From Nitrospirales bacterium (GTDB lineage Bacteria > Nitrospirota > Nitrospiria > Nitrospirales > UBA8639): a DNA stretch of 64,000 bases. Position 1 is the stretch's first letter, and every line of letters starts with the position of its first letter. The notes below the pieces were generated by a model. The model did not search any database. It was given only the letters and a program-made list of their open reading frames with translations, and was not told the origin of the DNA. The stretch lies in NCBI GenBank assembly GCA_963422365.1, contig OY729426.1, forward strand, positions 160,001 through 224,000. The letters run 5' to 3'. A program made the translations under genes and the position numbers. Of this stretch, positions 43,275 through 52,695 are shown one piece after another.

Positions 43275-44750
43275 TTAAGGCAGCGAGGCAGAAGCCGTAA
43301 ACGAGACGAGAGGCCACGGATAAATCCCGAATATCACGACACCCGCAACGGCAAACGCCAACACGACGGTCGCGGTGGGGGACAGGGCCAGGCGCGTTTC
43401 GAGTTCCTGGTCGGCAGTCGGCTCGCGCATGTACATGACCATCACGACGCGCAGATAGTAGAACGCAGAGACCGAGGCAAAGATCAACCCGACCACGGCC
43501 AGCCAGGTCAAGCCCGCATCGACAGCCGCCATAAAGAGGTAAAACTTGCCGATGAATCCTGCAGTCGGAGGAATGCCTGCGAGAGAGATCAGAAAGAGCA
43601 GCATCAAAAACGCCGCGCCTTTGTGGCGTTTGGCCAACCCGGTAAAGTCGTCCAGGTCTTCTCCTTCACACCCCCCTCGTCGAAGAATCGCAATAAGGGA
43701 GAATGCCCCAAAGGTCATGAAGGAATAGACGGCCAAGTATAACATCATGCTGGACACGCCTTGTGCCGACACCCCGGCTTTTGTTCCGACCCATCCCGCC
43801 ACGACCAACCCGATCAACGCATAGCCGGCATGCGCGATACTCGAGTATGCCAGCATACGCTTCACATTCGTTTGCACGATTGCCACGAGGTTCCCCAAGA
43901 TCAAGGTCAGGACACACATGCCCAAAATCAGCCCGATCCAATTCGGTTTCATGCCCCCAAAGCCTTCAAGCATCACCCGAAGGAACGCCCCGAAACTCGC
44001 GGCTTTCGATGCCACGGCCATAAACGCGGTCACCGACGTTGGCGCGCCTTGATACACATCCGGGGTCCACATATGAAAGGGCACAGCCGCCACTTTAAAG
44101 CCGAACCCCACAATCATCAGCATCAGGGCGATGAGTATCACCGAATCGTCAAGACCCCGCGCATCGACCACTGTGGCAATTTCCACCAGACGCGTGCTGC
44201 CGGCGGCTCCGAAGATGAGTGAAATGCCGTAGAGCAAGAGGCCCGATGAGAACGCGCCCAAAATAAAATACTTGGCCGATGATTCAACGGACTTGGCTTC
44301 AAACCGCTTGAATCCCGCCATCACGTAGAGCGAGATGGACATCAATTCAATGCCCAGATAGATGACCAACAGGTCGGCGCTGGAGACCATGATCATCATG
44401 CCCGTCAAGGAGAGCAGCACAAACCCGTAAAATTCGGCCAGATCGATCCGCTCTTCCTTGAGATATCCGATGGAGAGTAAGATCGTCATGCCACTCACGA
44501 TGTAGAGCAACAGTTTCCAAAACGAGGCATACCCGTCCACCACCACGAGATCGCTGAACGCATATACCCGGTCACCCATGTTGCTCGCCGTCACGATAAA
44601 ACACACCACAAGCGTGGCGACGCTCATCCACGCCAGCAGATCTTTCTTGGTCGATGGAGTGATCGGATCCAGGACCAACAAGAGGCAGGCGACGAACACG
44701 ACGATCATCTCTGGTAAAATCGTGACCAGATCTGCGAGAGGAATCGTCAT
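43275..44750 (-). CDS. nuoN: NADH-quinone oxidoreductase subunit N
   Basis: FKVAAVPFHMWTPDVYQGAP, KRMLAYSSIAHAGY. Confidence 0.95.
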   Translation of the reverse strand: MTIPLADLVTILPEMIVVFVACLLLVLDPITPSTKKDLLAWMSVATLVVCFIVTASNMGDRVYAFSDLVVVDGYASFWKLLLYIVSGMTILLSIGYLKEERIDLAEFYGFVLLSLTGMMIMVSSADLLVIYLGIELMSISLYVMAGFKRFEAKSVESSAKYFILGAFSSGLLLYGISLIFGAAGSTRLVEIATVVDARGLDDSVILIALMLMIVGFGFKVAAVPFHMWTPDVYQGAPTSVTAFMAVASKAASFGAFLRVMLEGFGGMKPNWIGLILGMCVLTLILGNLVAIVQTNVKRMLAYSSIAHAGYALIGLVVAGWVGTKAGVSAQGVSSMMLYLAVYSFMTFGAFSLIAILRRGGCEGEDLDDFTGLAKRHKGAAFLMLLFLISLAGIPPTAGFIGKFYLFMAAVDAGLTWLAVVGLIFASVSAFYYLRVVMVMYMREPTADQELETRLALSPTATVVLAFAVAGVVIFGIYPWPLVSFTASASLP

Positions 44751-46348
44751 CGCGTCTCAGGCTCCATGGATTTTACCCTCACCCCTGCCCTCTCCCGTCG
44801 AGGGAGAGGGGATACCTCGTCTGACGTCATAGGCATTGGCGAGAAGGATAAGGGCTCGGCTTCCACCATCATGACTTTCACTTGCTTTTGAACAAGCTGA
44901 TCGACACTGGCATGCATCACGTCCAGCAGCGGCTTGGGATAGAGCCCGATCCAAAACACGAAGAACGCCAAGGGTACCAACAGGCCGATTTCACGCCAGT
45001 TCATATCGTAGAGCTTCGAGGCCACGTGTTGCGCCGGGGCCCCGTACACCACGCGTTGTAACATCCATAAAATATACACTGCCGCGAGAATGACCCCTAA
45101 GGCCGCCACCATCGCGACCGCCTTGTTCCACAGAAAGGTCCCCACCAGCACAAAAAATTCGCCGACAAAACTATTCATGCCCGGCAACCCCACAGAGGAC
45201 AACGCGAAGATCACGAGGAACGTGACATAAATCGGCATGGACGCGGCGAGCCCTGAATTATCGACGATCTCCCGGCTGTGCGTCCGTTCATACACAATGC
45301 CCACGCACAGAAAGAGCGCACCGGTGGTGATGCCGTGATTGACCATTTGCAAAATCGCGCCTTCGATCCCTTGGGCGTTCAACACAAACAGGCCCAGCGT
45401 GACGAATCCCATGTGGCTTACGCTGGAATAAGCGATCAGTTTTTTGAGATCGGCCTGGGCAACGGCCATGTAGGCGCCGTAGATGATCGCCACCACCGAT
45501 AGGAAGAGCACCACCGAGGCAAACTGCTGCGTGGCATCCGGCAGCATGGGCAACGAGAAACGCAGAAATCCATAGGCGCCCAATTTGAGCAACACACTCG
45601 CCAGCATCACGCTGCCGGCGGTCGGAGCCTCCACGTGGGCATCCGGCAACCACGTATGAAACGGAAACATCGGCACTTTCACGGCAAACGCGGCGAAGAA
45701 GGCCCAAAACACCCACGCCTGCAGCGAAGGCGGATACTCGGCGTTGCTCAGCGTCAGGATATCGAAAGACTGTTCGCCGGCATAAAAATAGAGCACGATA
45801 ATCGCCACGAGCAGCAAGACGCTGCCGGCCAGGGTATACAGAAAAAACTTCATGGCCGCGTACACGCGATTGGGTCCACCCCAGATCCCGATCAAGAGAT
45901 ACATGGGGATCAGCATCGTTTCCCAGAACACGTAGAACAGCACAGAATCCAACGCGACAAACACGCCCAACGTGGCAGTTTCCATCACGAGTAAACTGAT
46001 CATGAATTCTTTGACTCGCGTCTCGATCGACATCCAAGAAACCAAGACGCAGAGTGGAGTCAGCAAGGTGGCCAGCAACACCAAGGGCAAACTAATCCCA
46101 TCCACGCCCACCGCGTAGTTGATGGGAGGCGACGCAATCCATTGATGCGTTTCGACAAACTGCATGGCAGGCGTGGATTCATCAAACAACGCCCACAGTG
46201 GGAGAGAGACCAGGAACACCAGCGATGAGACTCCCAAGGCTACCCATCTGGCCAGCGCTTCTTGGGTCAAAAGAATCACCGCCACGCCCAATAACGGCAG
46301 GAAGACCACCAGGGTCAGCCAAGGGAATCCGCCGGAGGACACGGTCAT
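44747..46348 (-). CDS. nuoM: NADH-quinone oxidoreductase subunit M
   Basis: FYVFWE, KVPMFPFHTWLPDAHVEAP, KKLIAYSSVSHMG. Confidence 0.95.
   Translation of the reverse strand: MTVSSGGFPWLTLVVFLPLLGVAVILLTQEALARWVALGVSSLVFLVSLPLWALFDESTPAMQFVETHQWIASPPINYAVGVDGISLPLVLLATLLTPLCVLVSWMSIETRVKEFMISLLVMETATLGVFVALDSVLFYVFWETMLIPMYLLIGIWGGPNRVYAAMKFFLYTLAGSVLLLVAIIVLYFYAGEQSFDILTLSNAEYPPSLQAWVFWAFFAAFAVKVPMFPFHTWLPDAHVEAPTAGSVMLASVLLKLGAYGFLRFSLPMLPDATQQFASVVLFLSVVAIIYGAYMAVAQADLKKLIAYSSVSHMGFVTLGLFVLNAQGIEGAILQMVNHGITTGALFLCVGIVYERTHSREIVDNSGLAASMPIYVTFLVIFALSSVGLPGMNSFVGEFFVLVGTFLWNKAVAMVAALGVILAAVYILWMLQRVVYGAPAQHVASKLYDMNWREIGLLVPLAFFVFWIGLYPKPLLDVMHASVDQLVQKQVKVMMVEAEPLSFSPMPMTSDEVSPLPRRERAGVRVKSMEPETR
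44776..44810. repeat. REP-like palindrome inside the nuoM 3' end
   Basis: CCCTCACCCCTG-CCCTCTCCC-GTCGA-GGGAGAGGG. Confidence 0.7.
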
Positions 46349-46367
46349 GTCGGTCAGAACCCCCTCA

Positions 46368-48263
46368 TTAAAACAGCAGGTACGCGGTTAAGATCATGAC
46401 CGCCCCCATGGTCATGCTCAGTGCATAATTTTGCGTTTCGCCGGTCTGAATCAGGCGGGCCATCCAGCCCCACCAGGCAAACCCACGGGCCACGCCGTTC
46501 ACCGCATTATCAATGATGGCGACGTCCACTTTTTTCCACATCTGATCCGCAAGCACAAACGTGGGATTGACAAACGCCTTGTCATAGGCTTCATCCACGT
46601 ACCATTTGTTGAGCGAGCCGCGATACAACACGTGCCAGCGGTTCATCAGACGATCGGGATAGTCCGGTGATTTCACATAGAGGACATAGGCCGTTGCAAT
46701 GCCGATCAAGCCGGCTACCGTCGCTGCCAGCATAATGCCCGTGGCAGCTGCGCCATGGTGCCCTCCGCCTTCACTGCCGGGGAAGGCCTGTTGCAGAAAG
46801 TCCGGAATGCCCACATACCCCGTCGCAATACTGAGGGCCGCCAACACCAACAGAGGGGCGGTCACGACGAAGGGTTGTTCCCGCACATGGTCGGCATGAT
46901 GCAGATCGACTCGGGACTCTCCCCAAAAGGTCACGAACACCAAGCGAAAACTATAAAACGCCGTCAGCCCCGCCGTGAGGATACCCGCAACCGCGAGGGT
47001 TTGACCCAAGGCCCCCGCGTTCCAGGCGGTCAGCAACAAGGCGTCCTTACTGAAAAATCCTGCGGTGAGGGGAAATCCGGCCAGCGCCAACGAGCCGATG
47101 ATAAAGGTCCAATAGGTGATGGGCATTTTATCTTTCAGCCCGCCCATTCGTCGCATGTCCTGCTCATGATGAACAGCCAAGATCACGGACCCGCATCCCA
47201 GGAAGAGGAGCGATTTAAAGGCGCCATGCGTCAGCAAGTGATAGATGCCAGCAACGTATCCGCCCAACCCGCACGCCATCATCATGTACCCGAGTTGACT
47301 CACGGTTGAATAGGCTACCACACGCTTAATATCGTTTTGTGTCAGAGCAATCGTGGCGCCGATCAACATGGTCACCCCTCCCACGACCGCCACGACGTCC
47401 ATGGCCACGGGAGACACATTATACAGGGGAGCAAACCGCGCCACCATAAACACGCCGGCGGTCACCATGGTCGCGGCATGAATCAAGGCGGAAATGGGCG
47501 TGGGGCCTTCCATGGCATCCGGCAGCCACACATGCAACGGGACTTGAGCGGACTTTCCGACGGCACCCACAAACAGCAGCAGGCAAATCAGGGTCATCGC
47601 GGACACGGCCCACCCACCGCTGACGGCTCCCAGCCAATCGATCGTGACCCCGGCTTTGGCCGCGGCCTCAGTGAACACCGGTTGGTACTGCAAGGTTCCA
47701 AAGACCGCAAACACCAACAGGATGCCGAGCAGAAACCCAAAGTCGCCGATCCGATTGACGACAAAGGCCTTGGTTGCCGCAGCCCTTGCCGTGTGCCGTT
47801 CATACCAATGGCCGATCAGCAAATAGGAGCACAGCCCGACCGCTTCCCAGAACACAAACAGTTGGAGGAAGTTATCGGACATGACCAACATCAGCATGGA
47901 GAACGTAAACAACGCAATGTTGGCAAAAAATCTCGCGTAGCCAGATTCGCCACGCATATACCCAATAGTATAGACGTGCACCAACCCACTGACGATGGTC
48001 ACCAACAGCAACATGACCGCCGTCAACTGATCGACATAGAGCCCAAGACGAATGGTGAGATCACCGGAAGCCCCCCAGGTATACAAAGGAATTTCCAGCA
48101 CGTGGCCAGAGACCACTTCGGAAAAGGCGAGAACCGATAACAGGAAGGATGCCCCTACGGCAGGCACGGCGATCAGATGGGCACGATTCTTCAAGACGTG
48201 TCCGGTCAGGCCGATCACGATGAAAGCCAGAAGAGGCAAGAGGGGGATCAAGGCATACAGCAT
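46368..48263 (-). CDS. nuoL: NADH-quinone oxidoreductase subunit L
   Basis: GKSAQVPLHVWLPDAMEGPTPISALIHAATMVTAG, AYSTVSQLGYM. Confidence 0.96.
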   Translation of the reverse strand: MLYALIPLLPLLAFIVIGLTGHVLKNRAHLIAVPAVGASFLLSVLAFSEVVSGHVLEIPLYTWGASGDLTIRLGLYVDQLTAVMLLLVTIVSGLVHVYTIGYMRGESGYARFFANIALFTFSMLMLVMSDNFLQLFVFWEAVGLCSYLLIGHWYERHTARAAATKAFVVNRIGDFGFLLGILLVFAVFGTLQYQPVFTEAAAKAGVTIDWLGAVSGGWAVSAMTLICLLLFVGAVGKSAQVPLHVWLPDAMEGPTPISALIHAATMVTAGVFMVARFAPLYNVSPVAMDVVAVVGGVTMLIGATIALTQNDIKRVVAYSTVSQLGYMMMACGLGGYVAGIYHLLTHGAFKSLLFLGCGSVILAVHHEQDMRRMGGLKDKMPITYWTFIIGSLALAGFPLTAGFFSKDALLLTAWNAGALGQTLAVAGILTAGLTAFYSFRLVFVTFWGESRVDLHHADHVREQPFVVTAPLLVLAALSIATGYVGIPDFLQQAFPGSEGGGHHGAAATGIMLAATVAGLIGIATAYVLYVKSPDYPDRLMNRWHVLYRGSLNKWYVDEAYDKAFVNPTFVLADQMWKKVDVAIIDNAVNGVARGFAWWGWMARLIQTGETQNYALSMTMGAVMILTAYLLF

Positions 48264-48267
48264 GGCA

Positions 48268-48573
48268 CTACCACTTCAACAAGCGGAAATCATCGACATT
48301 GATGCTGGCATGATGGCGATACAGGGCAATTATAATGGCAAGGCCCACGGCCACTTCGGCGGCAGCCACCGTCAAGGCGAAGAACACAAAGACTTGCCCT
48401 GCCAAGTTGCCGAAATGGGAGGAAAAGGCCACAAAATTGATATTCGTGGCATTGAGCATCAATTCAATAGACAACAAGATGATAATCAGGTTCTTTCGGA
48501 CCAGGACGCCGACGAGACCAATGATGAACACCAGCCCGCTCAACACCAAGTAATACTCCACTGGCACAGTCAT
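48268..48573 (-). CDS. nuoK: NADH-quinone oxidoreductase subunit K
   Basis: [18 protein letters not shown]. Confidence 0.95.
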   Translation of the reverse strand: MTVPVEYYLVLSGLVFIIGLVGVLVRKNLIIILLSIELMLNATNINFVAFSSHFGNLAGQVFVFFALTVAAAEVAVGLAIIIALYRHHASINVDDFRLLKW

Positions 48574-48610
48574 GAGGATGCCTTATCGCGTCTTTTAATG
48601 GCCCTAAGTC

Positions 48611-48666
48611 TCATAACGTAAAAACTCAGCGTCGGCGAAGTCATCCACTGGGGTGACTTGTTAGCC
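48611..48666 (-). mobile_element. attC-like integron cassette recombination site
   Basis: GGCTAAC-AAGTCACCCCAGTGGATGACTTCGCCGACGCTGAGTTTTTAC-GTTATGA; the R'' box contains the REase stop TAA; imperfect palindrome of about 56 bp. Confidence 0.7.
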
Positions 48667-49330
48667 CCAAATAGCCTCGCGCGATTCCCAATAGGCTTTA
48701 ACGTTATCAAATCGTCCCATTCGTTCTTTGATTTTCAGAATTTCTTTGGGATAGAAATCAAGCATTCTCTCGCAAACCTGAAGCATCCATTTCTTGCGCA
48801 AATATCCATGAATCAATTTGATCTTGTTTGAATTGGCTATTTGAATCTGTCCCCATCCCAACCCGCCTACAGTCAAACATTCCCAGTCCAAGTATTCGAT
48901 AGGGGAAAACGTGACGTCTGTTACGGTCAACAGGGTGTTGTCAATAGTGTACTTGACCATTATTAACGAAAAAAACATTTGTGTCCGATTCATAAAACCT
49001 TGCCAATCTTTCTACGGACGTCAGATTCGGCATATTGAATTGAGTATCTTCTCTGTGGGTTTTGACATCAACCACTGAATAAAAACCTTCTTGATCAGTG
49101 AAAGCGAGGTCAGCCATTGCCCTGCGTGCAAAGTCTTTCGAATATTCACTGCACCAGTCCTGTAAAAACTCATTGAATGTTTCTGAGATCAAGGATTCTA
49201 TGGCGTCTCCGGCAGACCTTGTGCTAGGGACGGTTTGAACAGACAGAAAATCTGGCGATGAATTGATGGAATCTTTGATTTTTCCTGCCACTTCTAAATG
49301 GTGACCATCATAGTAGAAAGAAGATTTCAT
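48661..49330 (-). pseudogene. Putative type II restriction endonuclease, frameshift in a T7 run near 48970
   Basis: Two overlapping ORFs join if one T is removed; MADL..VDVK PD-(D/E)xK-like motif; start overlaps the MTase stop (ATGA). Confidence 0.7.
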
Positions 49331-50303
49331 GATGCGAGATATTCTTGTTTGAAGGACTGTGATTTGCTTGCAGGCTGATTATTGAGGGAATTGCGTTCCC
49401 AGAAAACACTGTCTGTATATCCCTGAATCGTTGAATCAGAAGCGACCATCTCCAAGCGTTTCAGTGCCCAGCAACAATATTCCTTATTAAGCTCTATGCC
49501 ACAAAAATTTCTACCTAACTTTGCTGCAGCTGCGACTGTGGTGCCACTACCTAAGAAAGGATCAAGGACAAACCCGTTTTTCTTTGAACTAGCCAGAATA
49601 AGTTTTGCTATCAATTTTTCAGGTTTCTGTGTTGGGTGGTTAGTATTTTCTGGCATAGACCAAAATGGGATGGTCATATCCGTCCAGATGTTAGATGGGT
49701 GCGTGAGGCGATAGTTTCCGTTCTCTACTTCATCCCAATCCTTTGGCTTCCCATTGACCCTATAAGGCGCGATGACCTTTCGTTTTAATTTCACAGAATC
49801 CACGTCAAAGTCGTAGTCATCGGAAGCAGTACAAAACCAAATATCCTCCGTATTATTCTTCCAATTTAATTTCGCACCGCGTCCCTTTTCTCTTTCCCAC
49901 GTAATCCGATTTCGAATATGGAAATACGCTTCAAGAATCGGAGCAATAAGAACGGAAGTCTTCCAATCGGAGCACACATAAACCGTTGCCGTTGACTTGA
50001 GAGTCGGGAGTAAGGCTTCAACCGCGCGCTGAAACCATTGCTGATAATCCGCCTTCTCTTTTTCTTTGAAGATGTGGCCGTTATAGTCTTTGGCAAGATT
50101 ATAGGGTGGGTCCAAAATAAGGAGATCAACAAACCTCTTAGGTAATTTTTCTGCCACATTGAACGTGTCGCCACAAATGATTTTCTCACCAATATCCTTG
50201 ATGCTCACTAGGGTATCGACGTAACAAATATCAACTGATAGTCGGTCAATTTCTTCTTTGTTACAAATCAGTGTTCGGTTTCTTGGAGACTTTTGTTCCA
50301 TCA
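49327..50303 (-). CDS. Site-specific DNA methyltransferase (N4/N6, beta class)
   Basis: DPPY before HPTQKP..LDPFLGSGTT; start may lie between 50300 and 50343. Confidence 0.92.
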
Positions 50304-50371
50304 TCAGATCATCATTCAATTTTTCAGTTATCGGAGGAAACACGAGAGGCTGAACCGTTTTACCAAATTCC

Positions 50372-50893
50372 TCAGCTAGAGGACTTCGACTCCATGATTC
50401 CCTTTTTGGATAAGATCACGGCGCCGATCATGGCCACCAACAAGATGAGCGAGGCAATTTCAAACGGGAATAAATAGGTGGAATACAAGACCTCCCCGAT
50501 CGATTCCGTGTTCCCCACGGCTTTGGTCGCCCCTTCCGGCCCGGGACCGGGCGACGCCACGGTGAATCCACGACTGACCGCGAGCAACACGGCTTCGGTC
50601 AACAACACCACACCGAGAAACAACGCCACCGTCCCCTGTTGGTTATAGTGCTCTTCACGTTTCACGTTCAGTAACATCACGACGAACAAGTAGAGCACCA
50701 AGATCGCCCCGGCATACACAATGAGTTGAATGGCGGCTAAAAACTCGGCATGCAGCGTGACGTATAACCCTGCCACGTGAAAAAACATGACCAGTAAGGA
50801 CAGGGCACTATAGATGGGGTTGCGAAACAGGACAACGAGCGAAGCGGTAACTAGAATGACTGCGGCAAAGTACAAGAAGACGAATGTGGCCAC
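50372..50893 (-). CDS. nuoJ: NADH-quinone oxidoreductase subunit J
   Basis: NPIYSAL, VYAGAILVLYLFVVMLL, PFEIASLILLVAMIGA. Confidence 0.95.
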   Translation of the reverse strand: MATFVFLYFAAVILVTASLVVLFRNPIYSALSLLVMFFHVAGLYVTLHAEFLAAIQLIVYAGAILVLYLFVVMLLNVKREEHYNQQGTVALFLGVVLLTEAVLLAVSRGFTVASPGPGPEGATKAVGNTESIGEVLYSTYLFPFEIASLILLVAMIGAVILSKKGIMESKSSS

Positions 50894-50976
50894 CGTTACA
50901 CGTTGCTCCCGTTAACGACACCTGCGCATTGACGAGACAGGGGAAAGGACATCGGAACAGGCAAATCGAGCGAAAA

Positions 50977-51522
50977 CTAAAATTCCTTTTCCGGAATATC
51001 TTTGAAGGAAACGTTAAAATAGGCAACGTTGGGATGCTGAAATTCCAATCGTTTTTCCCGTTCCGGAAAGGCTCGATCTCCAATTGCCAACAGTTGTTTT
51101 TTGTTCAGATGTAAATTGCGTTTATCGTACACGGCCCACTCGAATTCCTGCGACATGCCTAAGGCATCCACCGGACAGGCCTCGACGCACATCCCACAGA
51201 ACAGACAACGGGTCATGTCCATATCATATTCTTTGGCGTACCGTTTGGTGGGCTCCCCTGGCACCTCGGCACTCACCACGCGAATCACACGAGAGGGACA
51301 AGCCGCCGAACACAGATCACACCCCACGCATTTCTCCGTCTCGTCGTCGTACCGCAGCAGCCCCAACATTCCTCGATAATTGGCCGGCAGATGTTTCTTG
51401 ACATGAGGATATTCCAAGGTAATGGGACGATATCTCAGCAAATGCTTAATCGTCTCTTTCATGCCCATAAGGATTTCAAAAAAGATGAGAGACTGAACCC
51501 ACTTTTTGAGTGTCATCGACAT
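50977..51522 (-). CDS. nuoI: NADH-quinone oxidoreductase subunit I
   Basis: CVGCDLCSAACP and CLFCGMCVEACP 4Fe-4S motifs. Confidence 0.95.
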   Translation of the reverse strand: MSMTLKKWVQSLIFFEILMGMKETIKHLLRYRPITLEYPHVKKHLPANYRGMLGLLRYDDETEKCVGCDLCSAACPSRVIRVVSAEVPGEPTKRYAKEYDMDMTRCLFCGMCVEACPVDALGMSQEFEWAVYDKRNLHLNKKQLLAIGDRAFPEREKRLEFQHPNVAYFNVSFKDIPEKEF

Positions 51523-51535
51523 CTCGACCTCGGCG

Positions 51536-52600
51536 TTACGAATTGGGGAAGATGTAGGCGAAAAGCGACGTCACCACCACATTCCCCAAGGCAATGGGCA
51601 ACAGCACCTTCCACCCAAACCGCATCAACTGGTCATACCGTAATCGCGGCAGCGTGGCACGTATCCAGAAAAATAAAAACAAAAAAAAGTAGACTTTCGC
51701 CGTAAACCAGAAAATCCCCGTCATCCAGGCAAAGTCCCCGGGCGCCTGCAAAAACGAAAAGGGAGCATGCCAGCCACCGAAGAACAAGACGGTGGCCATG
51801 CACGAGACCAGAATCATGTTCGCGTATTCCGCCAAAAAGAAAAACGCGAAACGCATGCCACTATATTCCGTAAAGAAACCCGCGACCAATTCGCTTTCCG
51901 CTTCGGGCAGGTCAAAAGGGAGCCGATTGGTTTCGGCCACGGAGGCAATCAAAAATACGACAAAGGCAATGAATTGCGGAAAGGGTAAGGGATCGAAAGC
52001 AAACCAATTCCAAAAACCGCCGGCTTGCGATTCAGTGATGACGACCAAGCTCAAACTCCCCGACAACAATAAAACCCCGACAATCGCCAACCCCACGTTG
52101 AGTTCATAGCTGATCAACTGGGCCGCCGACCGGAGTCCGCCCAACAATGAGTATTTACTGTTGGAGGCCCATCCACCGAGGATGACCCCGTACGCCCCGA
52201 TTGACGCAAACGCCAAAACGTACAGTACGCCGATATTGATATCGCTGATCACAAAGGGCTTAAATTCAACACCCAGAACCTCCACCGTCCAGTTCGGACC
52301 GAACGGAATGACGGCAAACCCGATCAAGGCCGGCACCAACACGATAAGAGGGGCCAGACTGAACAGAATCTTGTTCGCACCGGCCGGAATGATGTCTTCC
52401 TTGAAAAACAATTTCAGCCCGTCAGCCACCGGCTGCAAAATCCCATACGGGCCCACTTCCATCGGACCCATACGGTCTTGCATCCAACTGAGCACTTTTC
52501 GTTCCAATAGGGTCAGGAGCGCCACGGTCAGCAAGACCACGCCCATCACGGCCCCAATTTGCGATAAGGTCAAGGCCAATTTAATGCTGGTCTCAAGCAC
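51536..52600 (-). CDS. nuoH: NADH-quinone oxidoreductase subunit H
   Basis: [40 protein letters not shown]. Confidence 0.96.
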   Translation of the reverse strand: MLETSIKLALTLSQIGAVMGVVLLTVALLTLLERKVLSWMQDRMGPMEVGPYGILQPVADGLKLFFKEDIIPAGANKILFSLAPLIVLVPALIGFAVIPFGPNWTVEVLGVEFKPFVISDINIGVLYVLAFASIGAYGVILGGWASNSKYSLLGGLRSAAQLISYELNVGLAIVGVLLLSGSLSLVVITESQAGGFWNWFAFDPLPFPQFIAFVVFLIASVAETNRLPFDLPEAESELVAGFFTEYSGMRFAFFFLAEYANMILVSCMATVLFFGGWHAPFSFLQAPGDFAWMTGIFWFTAKVYFFLFLFFWIRATLPRLRYDQLMRFGWKVLLPIALGNVVVTSLFAYIFPNS

Positions 52601-52695
52601 AGAAACGCTCCTCGTGTTGATCCCGGGTCATGGCCCGGGAGAGGCTTGGGGTAGACAAAGGGATGAATACGATCATCCGGTTTCCGAACATGCCG

